A stretch of DNA of 64,000 nt from the NCBI GenBank assembly GCA_036493735.1, contig DASXPH010000047.1:1619-65618 (forward strand), written 5' to 3'. The stretch is from Gemmatimonadaceae bacterium (lineage in GTDB: Bacteria > Gemmatimonadota > Gemmatimonadetes > Gemmatimonadales > Gemmatimonadaceae). Made by a program: the position numbers and the translations under genes. Below, piece after piece: positions 35,901 through 45,710 of this stretch; within the stretch, counting starts at the first letter, position 1, and every line of letters begins with the position of its first letter. Under the pieces are notes generated by a model, which worked only from the letters and a program-made list of their open reading frames with translations, did no database searches and was not told the DNA's origin.

Positions 35901-36482
35901 TCAACCAGCCGCGCCAGGCCACCGGCCGTTCACGGAGAAACCGAGCAGCATCCCTCCGGCCCAGCCGATAGTTCCGAAGAGCAGGCCGAAGAAGATTGCC
36001 GTGAAGCCGAGACCGAAGGCGATCCCCAGCGCCTGGACGCGCTCCGACTGATTGGCGCGGCGCGCCGCCTCCTGTTGAGCCATGCCCGGCGCGATGCGAT
36101 CCAGCCACGCGGGAGGTGGTGTCCGCGCCGACGCCGTCTGCGCCGAGTCTGTCACGTGCTGTATCTGCTTCCAGGTTCCCGACGGCACGAACGCGGACAC
36201 CAGACCGGCGTACAGCGCCGTCGCCGCGACCACACCGCACATCGCTGCAACCCAATGGCCGATGGCCGGCAACCTCTTCCCGCGGCGTCGCCAGAGCCAT
36301 GCGCCGATGGCCATGCCGATCGGCGCGGCAAAGGCCGCGCCGAGTGAGAAGAGCGCGCCAACCACGAGTACCGCGAAGGCGCCGAGGAAGGCGAACACTC
36401 GCGCGACCGCGCCGGCGCGCGGCGCTGCGGTGGCCGCGGGTGGGAATGCGGTAACGGGGATCGGTTCCGAAGGATTCGTCAT
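35901..36482 (-). CDS. Hypothetical membrane protein
   Basis: 193 aa with about four hydrophobic segments. Confidence 0.5.
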   Translation of the reverse strand: MTNPSEPIPVTAFPPAATAAPRAGAVARVFAFLGAFAVLVVGALFSLGAAFAAPIGMAIGAWLWRRRGKRLPAIGHWVAAMCGVVAATALYAGLVSAFVPSGTWKQIQHVTDSAQTASARTPPPAWLDRIAPGMAQQEAARRANQSERVQALGIAFGLGFTAIFFGLLFGTIGWAGGMLLGFSVNGRWPGAAG

Positions 36483-36551
36483 ACGAGTCAGCGGATGTTT
36501 GACAAACTGTTATGTCGAACAAACGCTGTCTTGTCCAGTCGTGGCGACGGA

Positions 36552-39281
36552 TCAACCTCCCCGCATCGCCACGGCCGGATCCACCCTCGCCGCTCGCAAC
36601 GCTGGAATCCAGCAGGCGCTCAACCCGATCGCCGCCATTCCGAGGGCCACGGCGATGAACGTCGCCGGATCGTGCGGTGCGACGCCGAAGAGGAGCCCAC
36701 GCAGTACCAGCGTGCCGAAGTACGCGCCGGCAACGCCGAGTACGAGCCCGATCCCCAGCAGTACACCACCCTCCCACAGAATCATGCGCTCCACGCGCGC
36801 GCGGTCGGCGCCGAGGCTCATGCGGATGCCGATCTCCTGTGTGCGCGTGCTCACGGAGAAGGCGAGGACACCGGCGATTCCGACGGTCGCAATGATCACG
36901 GCGAGTGCGCCTAGCGACGCTATCAGTTCGGCATTGAGCCGCCGCGGCGCGATGCTCTGATCCTTGATCTGCGCGACGGTCATGAGATTCTGAATGGCAC
37001 CAGTTGGCGCGATACTGTGGACGATCCGCGTCACGGCTGGCTCGAGCAGCGACGGATCTCCATTTGCGCGGATGACGAAGCTTCCCCCGAACGACAGCTC
37101 CTGCGAGCGTGGGAAGAACATCGCCGCGCGATGCGGTTGGTCCATGCCGCCGTCCTGCGTGTTCCCGACGACGCCGACGATTGTGCGCCAATCGCCACTC
37201 AAGGGCGTGAACTGCAGGACCTCGCCCGTGAGCGCGATGCGCTTGCCCAGCGGGCTCTCGTTCGGAAAATACTGCTCGACAAAGGTGCGATTGACGATCA
37301 CTACGCGGCCGCTCCCCGCGCGGTCGGTATCGTTGAACTCGCGTCCCTGGAGCAGCGGGATCCCCGAAGCGCGAAAGTAGGAAGGATCGGCGCTCCGCAT
37401 GTCGGCGCTCGGGAGTGCCTCGCCAACGGCGGTCGACTTGCCCTCGAACTTGATGAGCCACTGGTCAGACGCCCGGAGTGGCGCTTGCGAGCCGAGACCG
37501 ACGTCGAGAACACCAGGTAGCGCGCGGATCTCCTGCTCCATCTGGTTGTACTGCTGCTTCACGTGCACGTCGGCGGCGAGAATGCTACGGAAGAAGCTCA
37601 TGTTGTCGGTCGTCCCGCCAGGGGCGACGAACTTCATCAACGTTAGACTGAATGTGAGCATCTGCTCACTCTGCAAGCCGGTCGAGACGTCGGAGAGCTC
37701 GACCATCGTTCGCATGAGCAGCCCGGCGCCCGCCAAGAGGACGACCGATACGGCGACCTGCGCAACGACGAGCACCCGCTGGACGCGCTGTCGCGACAAA
37801 CTTCCCGCCATGCGGCGAAAGCCCGCGTTCACGATCGATGCCAGAGTGCCTTCGCGCGGTACGAATGCGACGAAGGAGAGCAGGAGCGCGAGCAGGAGCG
37901 ACAACCCGAGCGCGAAACCGAGCACCACGTAGTCCACGCCGATCTCGCCGGCGCGCGGCGAATAACGCGCCGCCAGGCCGACGAGGAGCTTCACCCCGCC
38001 AAAGGCCAGCGCGAGGCCGAGGATCGCTCCCATGACGGTGAGCATCAGATTCTCGACGAGGAGCAGCCGCCGGAGCCGTCCGACGCCGGCGCCTAACGCG
38101 GCGCGGACGACGAGCTCCGCCTCGCGGCGGACGCCGCGCATCAACGTGAGATTGACGACGTTCGCCGCGGAGATGATGAGGACGAAGGCGGCGGCGGCCA
38201 TGAGGAGCCAGAGTGTGAATCGGGCCCGTTCGCCGAGCGCTTCCTTGAACGGGACGACGGACACCCGATAGTGGGACGTCGAGTCATACGCGTCGTGGTG
38301 GTCGCGCTGCATGCGTGTGTACACCGACGAGACCTGGGCGCGGGCATCGTGCAGCGTGGCGCCGGGCGTGAGCCGCGCGACGATTTGCGTCATCCGGTGC
38401 GTCCGGCCCTGGATCATCTGCGCACTCAGGTGATGTGGGCTCACTACCATGTTGAGAAAACCGTCGACGCGATCGGGAAACCACGGCGCCGCCTGGACGA
38501 CGCCGATAATCGGTACCGACTGGCCGTCGAGCTTGACCATCGTGCCAACGACGTTGGGGTCGGCGCCGAAGTGCTGACGCCAGAACTGCTCGGTGAGGAC
38601 CATCACTGGCGGCACGCCCGGTCCGTCGTCGCTCGGGCGTGTCATTCGCCCCAGAATAGGGGAGAGTCCCATCGTCTCGAAGAAGTTGCCCGTGACGAGG
38701 CCGACGTTGACACGGACGCTGTTCTCGCCTTCGAGCGTGTACGTCATGGGCGAGTACTCGGCGAGCGTGCCTAACGCCGGAGCGCCGCTCCGCAGGTCGT
38801 GGACTTCGGGCACCGAGAAGGCGATGTTGTCGCCGTCGGGCTTGTCCGTGGACTGCCGCAGATAGACGAGCCGATCCGCGTCGCGATGGGGAAGTCCCTT
38901 GAGGAGCACACCGCGCACGACGCTGAAGATCGCGGTGTTCGCGCCGATCCCCAGTCCGAGGGTGATGATGACGATGGCCGTGAACGCGGGCGCGTGGCGC
39001 AGCGTTCGGGAGGCATATTTCACGTCGGCGACGATGCTCTCGAGCCAGGGGAGTCCGCGCTGGTCGCGGACCGCCTCGGACGCGACGGTGAGACCGCCGG
39101 AATCGAGCAGCGCGCGCCGTCGGGCTTCATCGGGGGTCATGCCCCGGCGGATGTTCTCGGCCGTCGCCATCTCCAGATGGGCGTCGAGCTCGGCGCGCAT
39201 GTCGTCGTCCGCGGCGGCGCCGGTATCGAGCGTCCCCTGCACACGGCGCAGCGCGGCGCGGAATGATGACAGTATGCTCAT
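36552..39281 (-). CDS. ADOP/MacB-like permease, paralog 3
   Basis: ATG at 39281 (MSILSSFRAALRRVQG..ELDAHLEMATAENIRRGM), 5 nt after the PadR stop. It has duplicated FtsX modules. The 1294-aa track ORF is a read-through artefact. Confidence 0.85.
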   Translation of the reverse strand: MSILSSFRAALRRVQGTLDTGAAADDDMRAELDAHLEMATAENIRRGMTPDEARRRALLDSGGLTVASEAVRDQRGLPWLESIVADVKYASRTLRHAPAFTAIVIITLGLGIGANTAIFSVVRGVLLKGLPHRDADRLVYLRQSTDKPDGDNIAFSVPEVHDLRSGAPALGTLAEYSPMTYTLEGENSVRVNVGLVTGNFFETMGLSPILGRMTRPSDDGPGVPPVMVLTEQFWRQHFGADPNVVGTMVKLDGQSVPIIGVVQAAPWFPDRVDGFLNMVVSPHHLSAQMIQGRTHRMTQIVARLTPGATLHDARAQVSSVYTRMQRDHHDAYDSTSHYRVSVVPFKEALGERARFTLWLLMAAAAFVLIISAANVVNLTLMRGVRREAELVVRAALGAGVGRLRRLLLVENLMLTVMGAILGLALAFGGVKLLVGLAARYSPRAGEIGVDYVVLGFALGLSLLLALLLSFVAFVPREGTLASIVNAGFRRMAGSLSRQRVQRVLVVAQVAVSVVLLAGAGLLMRTMVELSDVSTGLQSEQMLTFSLTLMKFVAPGGTTDNMSFFRSILAADVHVKQQYNQMEQEIRALPGVLDVGLGSQAPLRASDQWLIKFEGKSTAVGEALPSADMRSADPSYFRASGIPLLQGREFNDTDRAGSGRVVIVNRTFVEQYFPNESPLGKRIALTGEVLQFTPLSGDWRTIVGVVGNTQDGGMDQPHRAAMFFPRSQELSFGGSFVIRANGDPSLLEPAVTRIVHSIAPTGAIQNLMTVAQIKDQSIAPRRLNAELIASLGALAVIIATVGIAGVLAFSVSTRTQEIGIRMSLGADRARVERMILWEGGVLLGIGLVLGVAGAYFGTLVLRGLLFGVAPHDPATFIAVALGMAAIGLSACWIPALRAARVDPAVAMRGG

Positions 39282-39286
39282 GACGA

Positions 39287-39631
39287 CTATGGTGCCTCCC
39301 GTCTGGGTGCGAGGAACGCCGCGATGAGGTCCGCCGTCTGGTTCCACTCGCGGGTCTCGCGCGCGAGCTGCTTGCGGCCGGCGGCCGTGAGTCCGTAGTA
39401 CTTGGCGCGGCGATTGTTCTCCGACTGGCGCCACTCCGCCTTGATGAAACCCTCCTGCTCCAGCTTCAGCAGGGCGGGGTAGAGTGTGCCGTAGTTGAGG
39501 CTGAGGCGGAATTTGCTGACTTCCTCGATCCGCCGGGCGATGCCGTAGCCGTGGAGCGGCCCGAGCCCTTCGAGCGTCTTGAGGATCATCAAGGCGAGCG
39601 TACCTTGCTGGACTTCGAGCTTCTCGGGCAT
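39287..39631 (-). CDS. PadR-family transcriptional regulator
   Basis: 114 aa. GTLALMILKTLEGLGPLHGYGIARRIE..LYPALLKLEQEGFI is a canonical PadR winged helix. Confidence 0.9.
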   Translation of the reverse strand: MPEKLEVQQGTLALMILKTLEGLGPLHGYGIARRIEEVSKFRLSLNYGTLYPALLKLEQEGFIKAEWRQSENNRRAKYYGLTAAGRKQLARETREWNQTADLIAAFLAPRREAP

Positions 39632-39644
39632 GTTGCGTCTTCCT

Positions 39645-39722
39645 ATTGGTTTCCCATATCACGCTACGGTCGGTAGCCTGGCGGCGCAAGGCTCGGCAGC
39701 GGCCTCGTATGGGTTTCCAATA
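39645..39722. promoter_or_regulatory. Pair of related 14-15-bp sites in the padR/M28 divergent promoter (candidate PadR operators)
   Basis: ATTGGTTTCCCATA (39645-39658) and TATGGGTTTCCAATA (39708-39722). The flanking half-sites are reverse complements and the central TTT is retained. Confidence 0.35.
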
Positions 39723-39872
39723 CGGGACGACCGTTCGGCCGGTTTCAGCCGCTCGTGCCAGTCGCCTGACGGCGCCAATCAATACGAATTCCGAACAAGA
39801 CTCCGCGAGGCTCCCGACTGCGGCGTGCCCTTCCGCGAGATAAGTTCTCCGCAAATCCGGCAGGAGTGACCC

Positions 39873-41534
39873 ATGCACATCGTCTCGCCGCGACGCGCAG
39901 TGATGTTTTGCGTCTTCGCCGCTGCTTGCGCGCGCTCGACACAGCGCGCTCCCGAATCGCCAACCGTCGCCGCCATCACGACGGCCGATCTCGAGTATCG
40001 TCTTCGCATCATCGCCGACGATTCGATGATGGGTCGTGAGAGCGGCAGCGAGGGCGATTACAAGACCGCCGACTATGTCGCGTCGGAGTTTCGCCGACTG
40101 GGTCTCGAGCCCGCGGGCGAGAACGGCACCTACTTCCAGACCGTTCCATTCTGGACCGTTGGAGTCGATCGGACGTCCAGCTTGTCTGTCGACGGCACCC
40201 CGCTGGAGCTCGGCCGCGATTTCTTGCCAGCGTCGTCGAACATCAGCCCACGGCGGCTGGAGAGTGTCGATGTCGTCTACGGTGGCGTGATGGGAAGTCC
40301 AGGCGGAACGATCGACCCGGCCGCGGTGGCGAACAAGCTCGTGGTGTTCACGCCGCCTAACGGGCCGGCACGCGGCGGTCCGAATCTCGGCGCATTTTCG
40401 TCGGCGCGCGCCATTGGCGTCGCGAATCTCGATCAACTGCCGCCCGAGTTCGTCGCTCGCCTGCGTGAGGGGCGGCCGGTCGCCGACACGACAACGTCGG
40501 CTGCCCGCGCGCCAATCATCTATGTGTCACGCGCGACGGCGGCGAAGCTTCTCGGAGCAGCGCCGGAAGGATTGACCGCCGGAACCCCCGGGCATCGCGT
40601 CAGCGGCTTCGTGGGCTACCGCTTTACGCCGGTGAGATTCCCGGCTCGCAACGTGGTCGCCATTCTGCGCGGCGCCGACCCGGCGCTCCGCGGCGAGTAC
40701 GTCTCTCTCACGGCGCATAACGATCATGTCGGCTTCGATCACGCGCCGGTCGATCACGATTCCCTGCGCGCGTTCAATCGCGTCATCCGGCCGATGGGTG
40801 CCGACTCGCCGGTGCGCCAGCCCACCGACGCTGAATGGACGCAGATCCGCGTCATTCTCGACAGCCTCCGCCGGGTGCACAAGCCGCGTCTCGACTCGAT
40901 TCGCAACGGCGCCGACGACGATGGATCGGGCACGGTGAGTATCATCGAAATCGCGGAGGCGATGGCGCGCGGCACGCGGCCACGGCGGTCGGTGCTGTTC
41001 GTCAACCATACCGGCGAGGAAGCGGGCCTCCTCGGGTCTCGCTGGTTCACCGATCACCCGACGGTGCCGCTGGATTCGATCATCGGGGAGATCGATCAGG
41101 ACATGGTCGGCCGCGGTACCGCCACCGACTTCCCGTACAACGGTACGGGCGCCGGCAGCCCACAGTATCTCGAGGTCATCGGCGCGAAGCGGCTCTCGCG
41201 GCAGTTCGGGGAGGCACTGGATTCAGCAAACGCTCATCAGTCGATACCATTCGTCTTCAATCTGGAGTACGATCAGCCGGGTCATCCGCTGCAGTACTAC
41301 TGTCGCGCCGACCACTACAGTTACGCGCGCTACGGAATTCCGTCGCTCGCGCTGTCTCGCGGCGAGCATCTCGACTATCACCAGGTCACCGACGAGGCGC
41401 AGTACATCGATTATGTCGATCTCGCGCGGGTGACGCGCATGGTCTACGACATGGCGCTGTCACTCGCCAACGCGCCCACGCGGCCGACACTGGACGCGCC
41501 GAAGCCGGATCCTCACGGTCAGTGCCGTCAGTAA
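39873..41534 (+). CDS. M28-family metallopeptidase lipoprotein, paralog A
   Basis: 553 aa with lipobox FAAAC. Motifs are NVVAILRG, TAHNDHVG, DDDGSGTVSIIEIA, GEEAGLLGS and DMVGRG. Confidence 0.85.
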   Translation: MHIVSPRRAVMFCVFAAACARSTQRAPESPTVAAITTADLEYRLRIIADDSMMGRESGSEGDYKTADYVASEFRRLGLEPAGENGTYFQTVPFWTVGVDRTSSLSVDGTPLELGRDFLPASSNISPRRLESVDVVYGGVMGSPGGTIDPAAVANKLVVFTPPNGPARGGPNLGAFSSARAIGVANLDQLPPEFVARLREGRPVADTTTSAARAPIIYVSRATAAKLLGAAPEGLTAGTPGHRVSGFVGYRFTPVRFPARNVVAILRGADPALRGEYVSLTAHNDHVGFDHAPVDHDSLRAFNRVIRPMGADSPVRQPTDAEWTQIRVILDSLRRVHKPRLDSIRNGADDDGSGTVSIIEIAEAMARGTRPRRSVLFVNHTGEEAGLLGSRWFTDHPTVPLDSIIGEIDQDMVGRGTATDFPYNGTGAGSPQYLEVIGAKRLSRQFGEALDSANAHQSIPFVFNLEYDQPGHPLQYYCRADHYSYARYGIPSLALSRGEHLDYHQVTDEAQYIDYVDLARVTRMVYDMALSLANAPTRPTLDAPKPDPHGQCRQ

Positions 41535-41627
41535 GCGACGTCAGTCGAATGCATCATCCCCGGCATAACGCTTTCACGATGGCTTCGGTCACCTTAGCGT
41601 TCAGAGTTCGCACCAGAGGACGGACAA

Positions 41628-42011
41628 GTGACCTCGCCCAAAGATAGACTGCGTCAACCACCCGCCGAGCGCTTAGCCGGCCCCGAGCACCGCATCGATC
41701 TGGGTGCAGCGCTCGAGGAGCTCCGGCGCGAGCCGCACCACGCCACCGACAAGCACCGGCAGATCACGGTCTTTCACAAGGGTCCGCTGCGCCTCGTGCT
41801 CTTTGCGTTCGAGCCAGGTGGCGGCTTGCCGGCGCATCGTGCGCCCGGGTCGGTGGTGATCCACACGCTTCGCGGGCGCATCCACGTGAAAACGTTGAAC
41901 GAGAGCTACGAGCTCGCGACGGGACAGATCCTGATGCTCGATCCCGAGGTGGTGCACGACGTCACCGCGCAGGAGCAGTCGGACATGTTGCTCACGGTCA
42001 CGATCAGCTAG
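41628..42011 (+). CDS. Cupin-domain protein
   Basis: 127 aa with GGGLPAHRAPGSVVIHTLRGRI..VVHDV. Confidence 0.7.
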   Translation: MTSPKDRLRQPPAERLAGPEHRIDLGAALEELRREPHHATDKHRQITVFHKGPLRLVLFAFEPGGGLPAHRAPGSVVIHTLRGRIHVKTLNESYELATGQILMLDPEVVHDVTAQEQSDMLLTVTIS

Positions 42012-42032
42012 CCGCCGTAGGTCGCTCGAGCT

Positions 42033-42502
42033 TCATCCGTCTCGGTCGCGCACCAGAACGCGGACCTCGCCAAGCACGACGGTGCCGTTCACGCGAATCC
42101 GCTTCGCCTTGCTCTCGTCACTCGGCTCACTTGCTTGAGTGATCGCGTTGCCGCCGAACGCGAGCACATCGAACCCGACGTCGACGCCCGGCGGCACAAC
42201 GAGAGTGACGCGCGCGCCCACGCCCGCACATCGAGCATGAAATCGTCCGGAATCGCGTTCTGGCGCAGATCGATCCGAACTTCACCGAGGAACGCGCGAA
42301 TGCGCAGCAGCTTGGGCACCGCCCAACGACGCACTCGCTTCACCTCGCCGAGGACCGCAAGGATTCGGCGCTCGGCGGGCGGTGCGGAGGTGGAAGCATC
42401 CAGTAAGCCAGCCGGTTCGCGAACGGCGGGCACGCGACTCACGTCTGGCGCCCCGACGTTTGGCGTGGCGCGCTCACGGTTCCTGACGTTATGCGGTTCC
42501 AA
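42033..42502 (-). pseudogene. LiaF-C-terminal-like (DUF2154-like) gene split by an apparent 1-nt frameshift
   Basis: Track ORFs 42089..42502 and 42033..42221 together read ..AVLGEVKRVRRWAVPKLLRIRAFLGEVRIDLRQNAIPDDFMLDVRA / GARVTLVVPPGVDVGFDVLAFGGNAI... The frames switch near 42215-42230. Confidence 0.5.
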
Positions 42503-42691
42503 TGCTGGGGTCTTCAGGGAATTCCGGTGTGCCCGATCATTTCGAGCAGTCTAGGAAATCAAATCGGCTGGGAGTACGGAGTGAACCGATCACAGGGATC
42601 TTCACGGATCGCTCGCTTTGTGCGCCCGAGGAATGGGTCACTCACGCACGTGCTTGTGTCGCTCAGCTGAGAATGTGCAGATGTCTCCCTC

Positions 42692-43795
42692 TCAACGATC
42701 GCCGAAGTAGGCCTTGTTGCTGTTGCGCGCCATCGGCGCTGGCGGATGCCAGCGGCCCGACTCGGCGTCCATCCAGCGCATGAACAACGAATCGCGATAG
42801 CTCGCGAGGATGTTCTTGCCGTCCGGATGCTTGCTCACCGTCTCCATCAGGACTCGCGAATACCCGGTGCTCGCCGCGCCGACGAGCGCGATCACGCCGT
42901 CATACGCGGCTCGGAAATCCGGCGCGCTGAACGTCACCGTCTCGTTCGCGTACTCGATCCCGGGAATGCCCTGCATGAACGCGAGCGTCGCCGGTGGCGC
43001 GGCGTGCAGGCCGGCGCGCATCGGCGTCGACAACGTCATTACCTGTGCCTTGCCGAGGTCGCGCACGGCGCGCGCGGCCTTCTCGCGCATTTCGGCGTGC
43101 ACCTGGTCCACGGGGCGCAGCTCGACCGTGGACGCGCTCGTCGCCTTCTTCGTGACGACATATTCGATCCAGGGCAAGACCTTCAGATCCTCTTGCAATC
43201 GGTCGTCGCCGGAGACAAAGATGATCGGGACGCCGACCCGTCCCCATGAGTAGCCGACGATCTCGCTCTCGGTAATCGACTTGCCGTTCAGGAGCATGTC
43301 CATGCCTAACGTGATCGTGTGCGACGCGAAGCCCCGGCTGCCCGTCTTGGCGTGCATGCCGACCGCGACGACCGCGTCGTAAGCGTTCGGTGCGGTGAGG
43401 TCGACGTACGGATCGAAGGGCTTGTCGCGGAAGACCTGCTTCGCGCGCGGGTCGAGCAGCTCGCGTCGGACGTCGGGCTCGGGGTTGCCGCTGCCATGCG
43501 CGTCGACAACGTCAACCTGCGTCGCGCCGCCGGCAAAGAGTCCGTCGATGACGGCGTTGAGATCCGCCGCGAGCATCTTCTGGCCCTCGGGATATCGTTC
43601 GGGATGGCTGAAGAGGAAGGTGCGCCAGTCGTCCTGGCCCGCGAGTCCTTCCATGTCATGATAGACGAGGATGCGAACTGGGACGGCCGGTTTGTGACGC
43701 CTCGCTGGCGCACGGACGGTCGCGGCGGTTGCGATGAGAACGATCAGCATTGCCGCCACCGCGTAGCGGGCGCGGGGTTTCACGCGATTGGTCAT
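42692..43795 (-). CDS. M55-family D-aminopeptidase (DppA-like)
   Basis: 367 aa with ILVYHDMEGLAG, VVDAHGSGN and IFVSGDD motifs. Confidence 0.8.
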   Translation of the reverse strand: MTNRVKPRARYAVAAMLIVLIATAATVRAPARRHKPAVPVRILVYHDMEGLAGQDDWRTFLFSHPERYPEGQKMLAADLNAVIDGLFAGGATQVDVVDAHGSGNPEPDVRRELLDPRAKQVFRDKPFDPYVDLTAPNAYDAVVAVGMHAKTGSRGFASHTITLGMDMLLNGKSITESEIVGYSWGRVGVPIIFVSGDDRLQEDLKVLPWIEYVVTKKATSASTVELRPVDQVHAEMREKAARAVRDLGKAQVMTLSTPMRAGLHAAPPATLAFMQGIPGIEYANETVTFSAPDFRAAYDGVIALVGAASTGYSRVLMETVSKHPDGKNILASYRDSLFMRWMDAESGRWHPPAPMARNSNKAYFGDR

Positions 43796-43881
43796 GGGCG
43801 GGTCAGTGAGGTTGCCCGAATGTGGCGCTTCGCGCCCACTTTAGACAGTATGGTTGGCAGCGGATAGAGCGAGTGAGGATC

Positions 43882-44514
43882 ATGGACTACGGATCGGTCA
43901 TCCTTCGGCATTTCAGTGTGGTTCTCGGCGGCCTCATAACGGTCTCACGTCTCGGCGCGCAGGAGCCCGCGGGAGCTGTCAACCGCCAACCGGCACTACA
44001 CTCGGCCGCATATCAGATCGCCGCCGCGGTGACGCCGCTTCCCGAGGAGATGCGGAGCGGCGCCACGGTCGTCGGGTACACCGCCGTCGGCAAGCCAGTC
44101 GTCACACTGCGCGAAGGCACGAACGACATGATCTGTCTCTTGCCCGATCCGCCGTCGTCCCAATTCCACGCAGCGTGTTATCACAAGTCGATGGAGCCAT
44201 TCATGGCGCGAGGGCGCGCATTACGAGCGGCCGGCGTCAGTGGGGGTCAGGTGGACAGCGTGCGCTTCGCCGAAGTGAGAGCGGGGAAGCTCAAGATGCC
44301 GGCACAACCGGCAATGCTTTATCAGATCTTCGGTGGCAGCTTCGATTCGGTGACGACCAAAGCGAGTGGCGGGAACTCGCTGTTCGTCACGTATATCCCA
44401 TTCGCGACGCCAGAGACCACGGGCATCTCGGCGCGGCCGAGTGCGACGTCACCCTGGATCATGTTCCCGGGCACGCCGAAGGCTCACATCATGTACGTTG
44501 GTACAAAGATGTGA
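43882..44514 (+). CDS. Hypothetical secreted protein
   Basis: ATG at 43882 gives a signal-like N-terminus (MDYGSVILRHFSVVLGGLITVSRLGAQE). Confidence 0.5.
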   Translation: MDYGSVILRHFSVVLGGLITVSRLGAQEPAGAVNRQPALHSAAYQIAAAVTPLPEEMRSGATVVGYTAVGKPVVTLREGTNDMICLLPDPPSSQFHAACYHKSMEPFMARGRALRAAGVSGGQVDSVRFAEVRAGKLKMPAQPAMLYQIFGGSFDSVTTKASGGNSLFVTYIPFATPETTGISARPSATSPWIMFPGTPKAHIMYVGTKM

Positions 44515-44533
44515 AACCGTCGCACTGGCGAAT

Positions 44534-44956
44534 TCAGTCGCCGGTCGGAACGACGTTCGCTGTTTCCACCATCAGAATGACCGTCGGCTCCAGCGCGCGG
44601 GTGCGATGGACCACGCCGCGCGGAACGACGAACGCTTCGCGTGGCTCGAGCTCGATCACTCGCCCCGGCGTCACACCGTCAGCGGCGGGCTCGAGGTCGA
44701 TGAGAAAGCGTCCCTGGAGGCAGAGGAAGAACTCGTCATCGACATCGTGATGGTGCCAGTGATACTCGCCCTGCATGACGCCGAGCCTGACGATCGAGTC
44801 GTTGACCTTGACGAGTGTCTGGTTCCACCACTCGTCGCGCACGCCGGCGATGATCGGATCGAGCGCGATCTTTTCGAGGGCAGGGAAGAGGACGTTGAGG
44901 TGCGTCGCGTATGGAAACGCATCACTCGAATTCGTGGTCGGTGTCATGAGCTTCAC
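44534..44956 (-). CDS. Cupin-domain protein
   Basis: 140 aa with GEYHWHHHDVDDEFFLCLQG..VVPRGVVH. Confidence 0.7.
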   Translation of the reverse strand: MKLMTPTTNSSDAFPYATHLNVLFPALEKIALDPIIAGVRDEWWNQTLVKVNDSIVRLGVMQGEYHWHHHDVDDEFFLCLQGRFLIDLEPAADGVTPGRVIELEPREAFVVPRGVVHRTRALEPTVILMVETANVVPTGD

Positions 44957-45073
44957 TCCAAGATGACGTTGTGTACCGGAGGCGCGAAGATCGGCATTCT
45001 CGTATCGCGACGGAGTAGTTCTTGCAGATTCTCCTGCGGTAACTGTGCATGCTCATTTGCGCGAGGAGAGACC

Positions 45074-45700
45074 ATGTCGAGCCACACGTTTCGCGTTGCC
45101 GCTGCAGCAGTTCTATGTGTTCTCACGGCCTGTGGCAAGAAGGAGAACTATGGCGCCGCCGGTGACACCACGCACGGCGCAGGGGCGACTGCCTCCGCCG
45201 CACGAAGTGGGGCCGGCGCGACTGCGGCGAGTGCGCCAGCCGCCGCACCGACACTCACTGATGCGAACATCGTCTTCATCCTCGATCAAGCGAACGCAGC
45301 CGACAGCGCACGTGGCCACATCGCGGCGACCAAGGGCACGAGTGCCGACGTGAGAAGCTTCGGCAGGCTCATGGTTGCCGAACACCACATGTTGCGCCAG
45401 CAGGGGCAGCAGCTGGCAAAGAAGCTGAATGTCACTCCTCAGGCGCCGGCCAATGATCAGAGTGAAGCACAGGCAAAAATGCAGTTGGACAGCCTGAACG
45501 CGATGCCGAAAGGGAAAGCCTGGGACAAGGCGTACATCGACTACGAAGTGAACGCTCACCAGCAAGTGCTCGACACGGCCAACAAGGCGCACGACGCGGC
45601 GCAGAATCCGGAGCTGAAGGATCTGATCTCGAAGGCGGCCCCGGTCATTCAGAAGCACCTCGACCGCGCCAAACAGATCCAACAGAAGTTAGGCAGTTAA
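45074..45700 (+). CDS. DUF4142-domain lipoprotein
   Basis: ATG at 45074 after GGAGAG, with lipobox LTAC. It has FGRLMVAEHH..YIDYEVNAHQQVLD repeats. The rest of track ORF 44366..45700 is antisense to the cupin gene. Confidence 0.75.
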   Translation: MSSHTFRVAAAAVLCVLTACGKKENYGAAGDTTHGAGATASAARSGAGATAASAPAAAPTLTDANIVFILDQANAADSARGHIAATKGTSADVRSFGRLMVAEHHMLRQQGQQLAKKLNVTPQAPANDQSEAQAKMQLDSLNAMPKGKAWDKAYIDYEVNAHQQVLDTANKAHDAAQNPELKDLISKAAPVIQKHLDRAKQIQQKLGS

Positions 45701-45710
45701 TACACCGGAT

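Noticed and set aside
35881-37461. 526-aa minus-strand ORF, plus similar ones at 50702..52456 (584 aa), 16108..17145 (345 aa) and 32915..33940 (341 aa)
   Set aside because: These are alternative-frame or antisense shadows of real genes. Their composition is dominated by Arg, Gly, Ala and Pro, and they have no domain signatures.
36552-40436. 1294-aa ORF suggesting a giant fusion protein
   Set aside because: Only the C-terminal 909 codons (from the ATG at 39281) look like a permease. The upstream part runs through the PadR gene and the promoter in a different frame and is open only because stops are rare.
44366-45073. N-terminal 236 codons of track ORF 44366..45700
   Set aside because: They are antisense to the cupin gene (44534..44956). 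The DUF4142 lipoprotein has its own RBS, ATG (45074) and lipobox.
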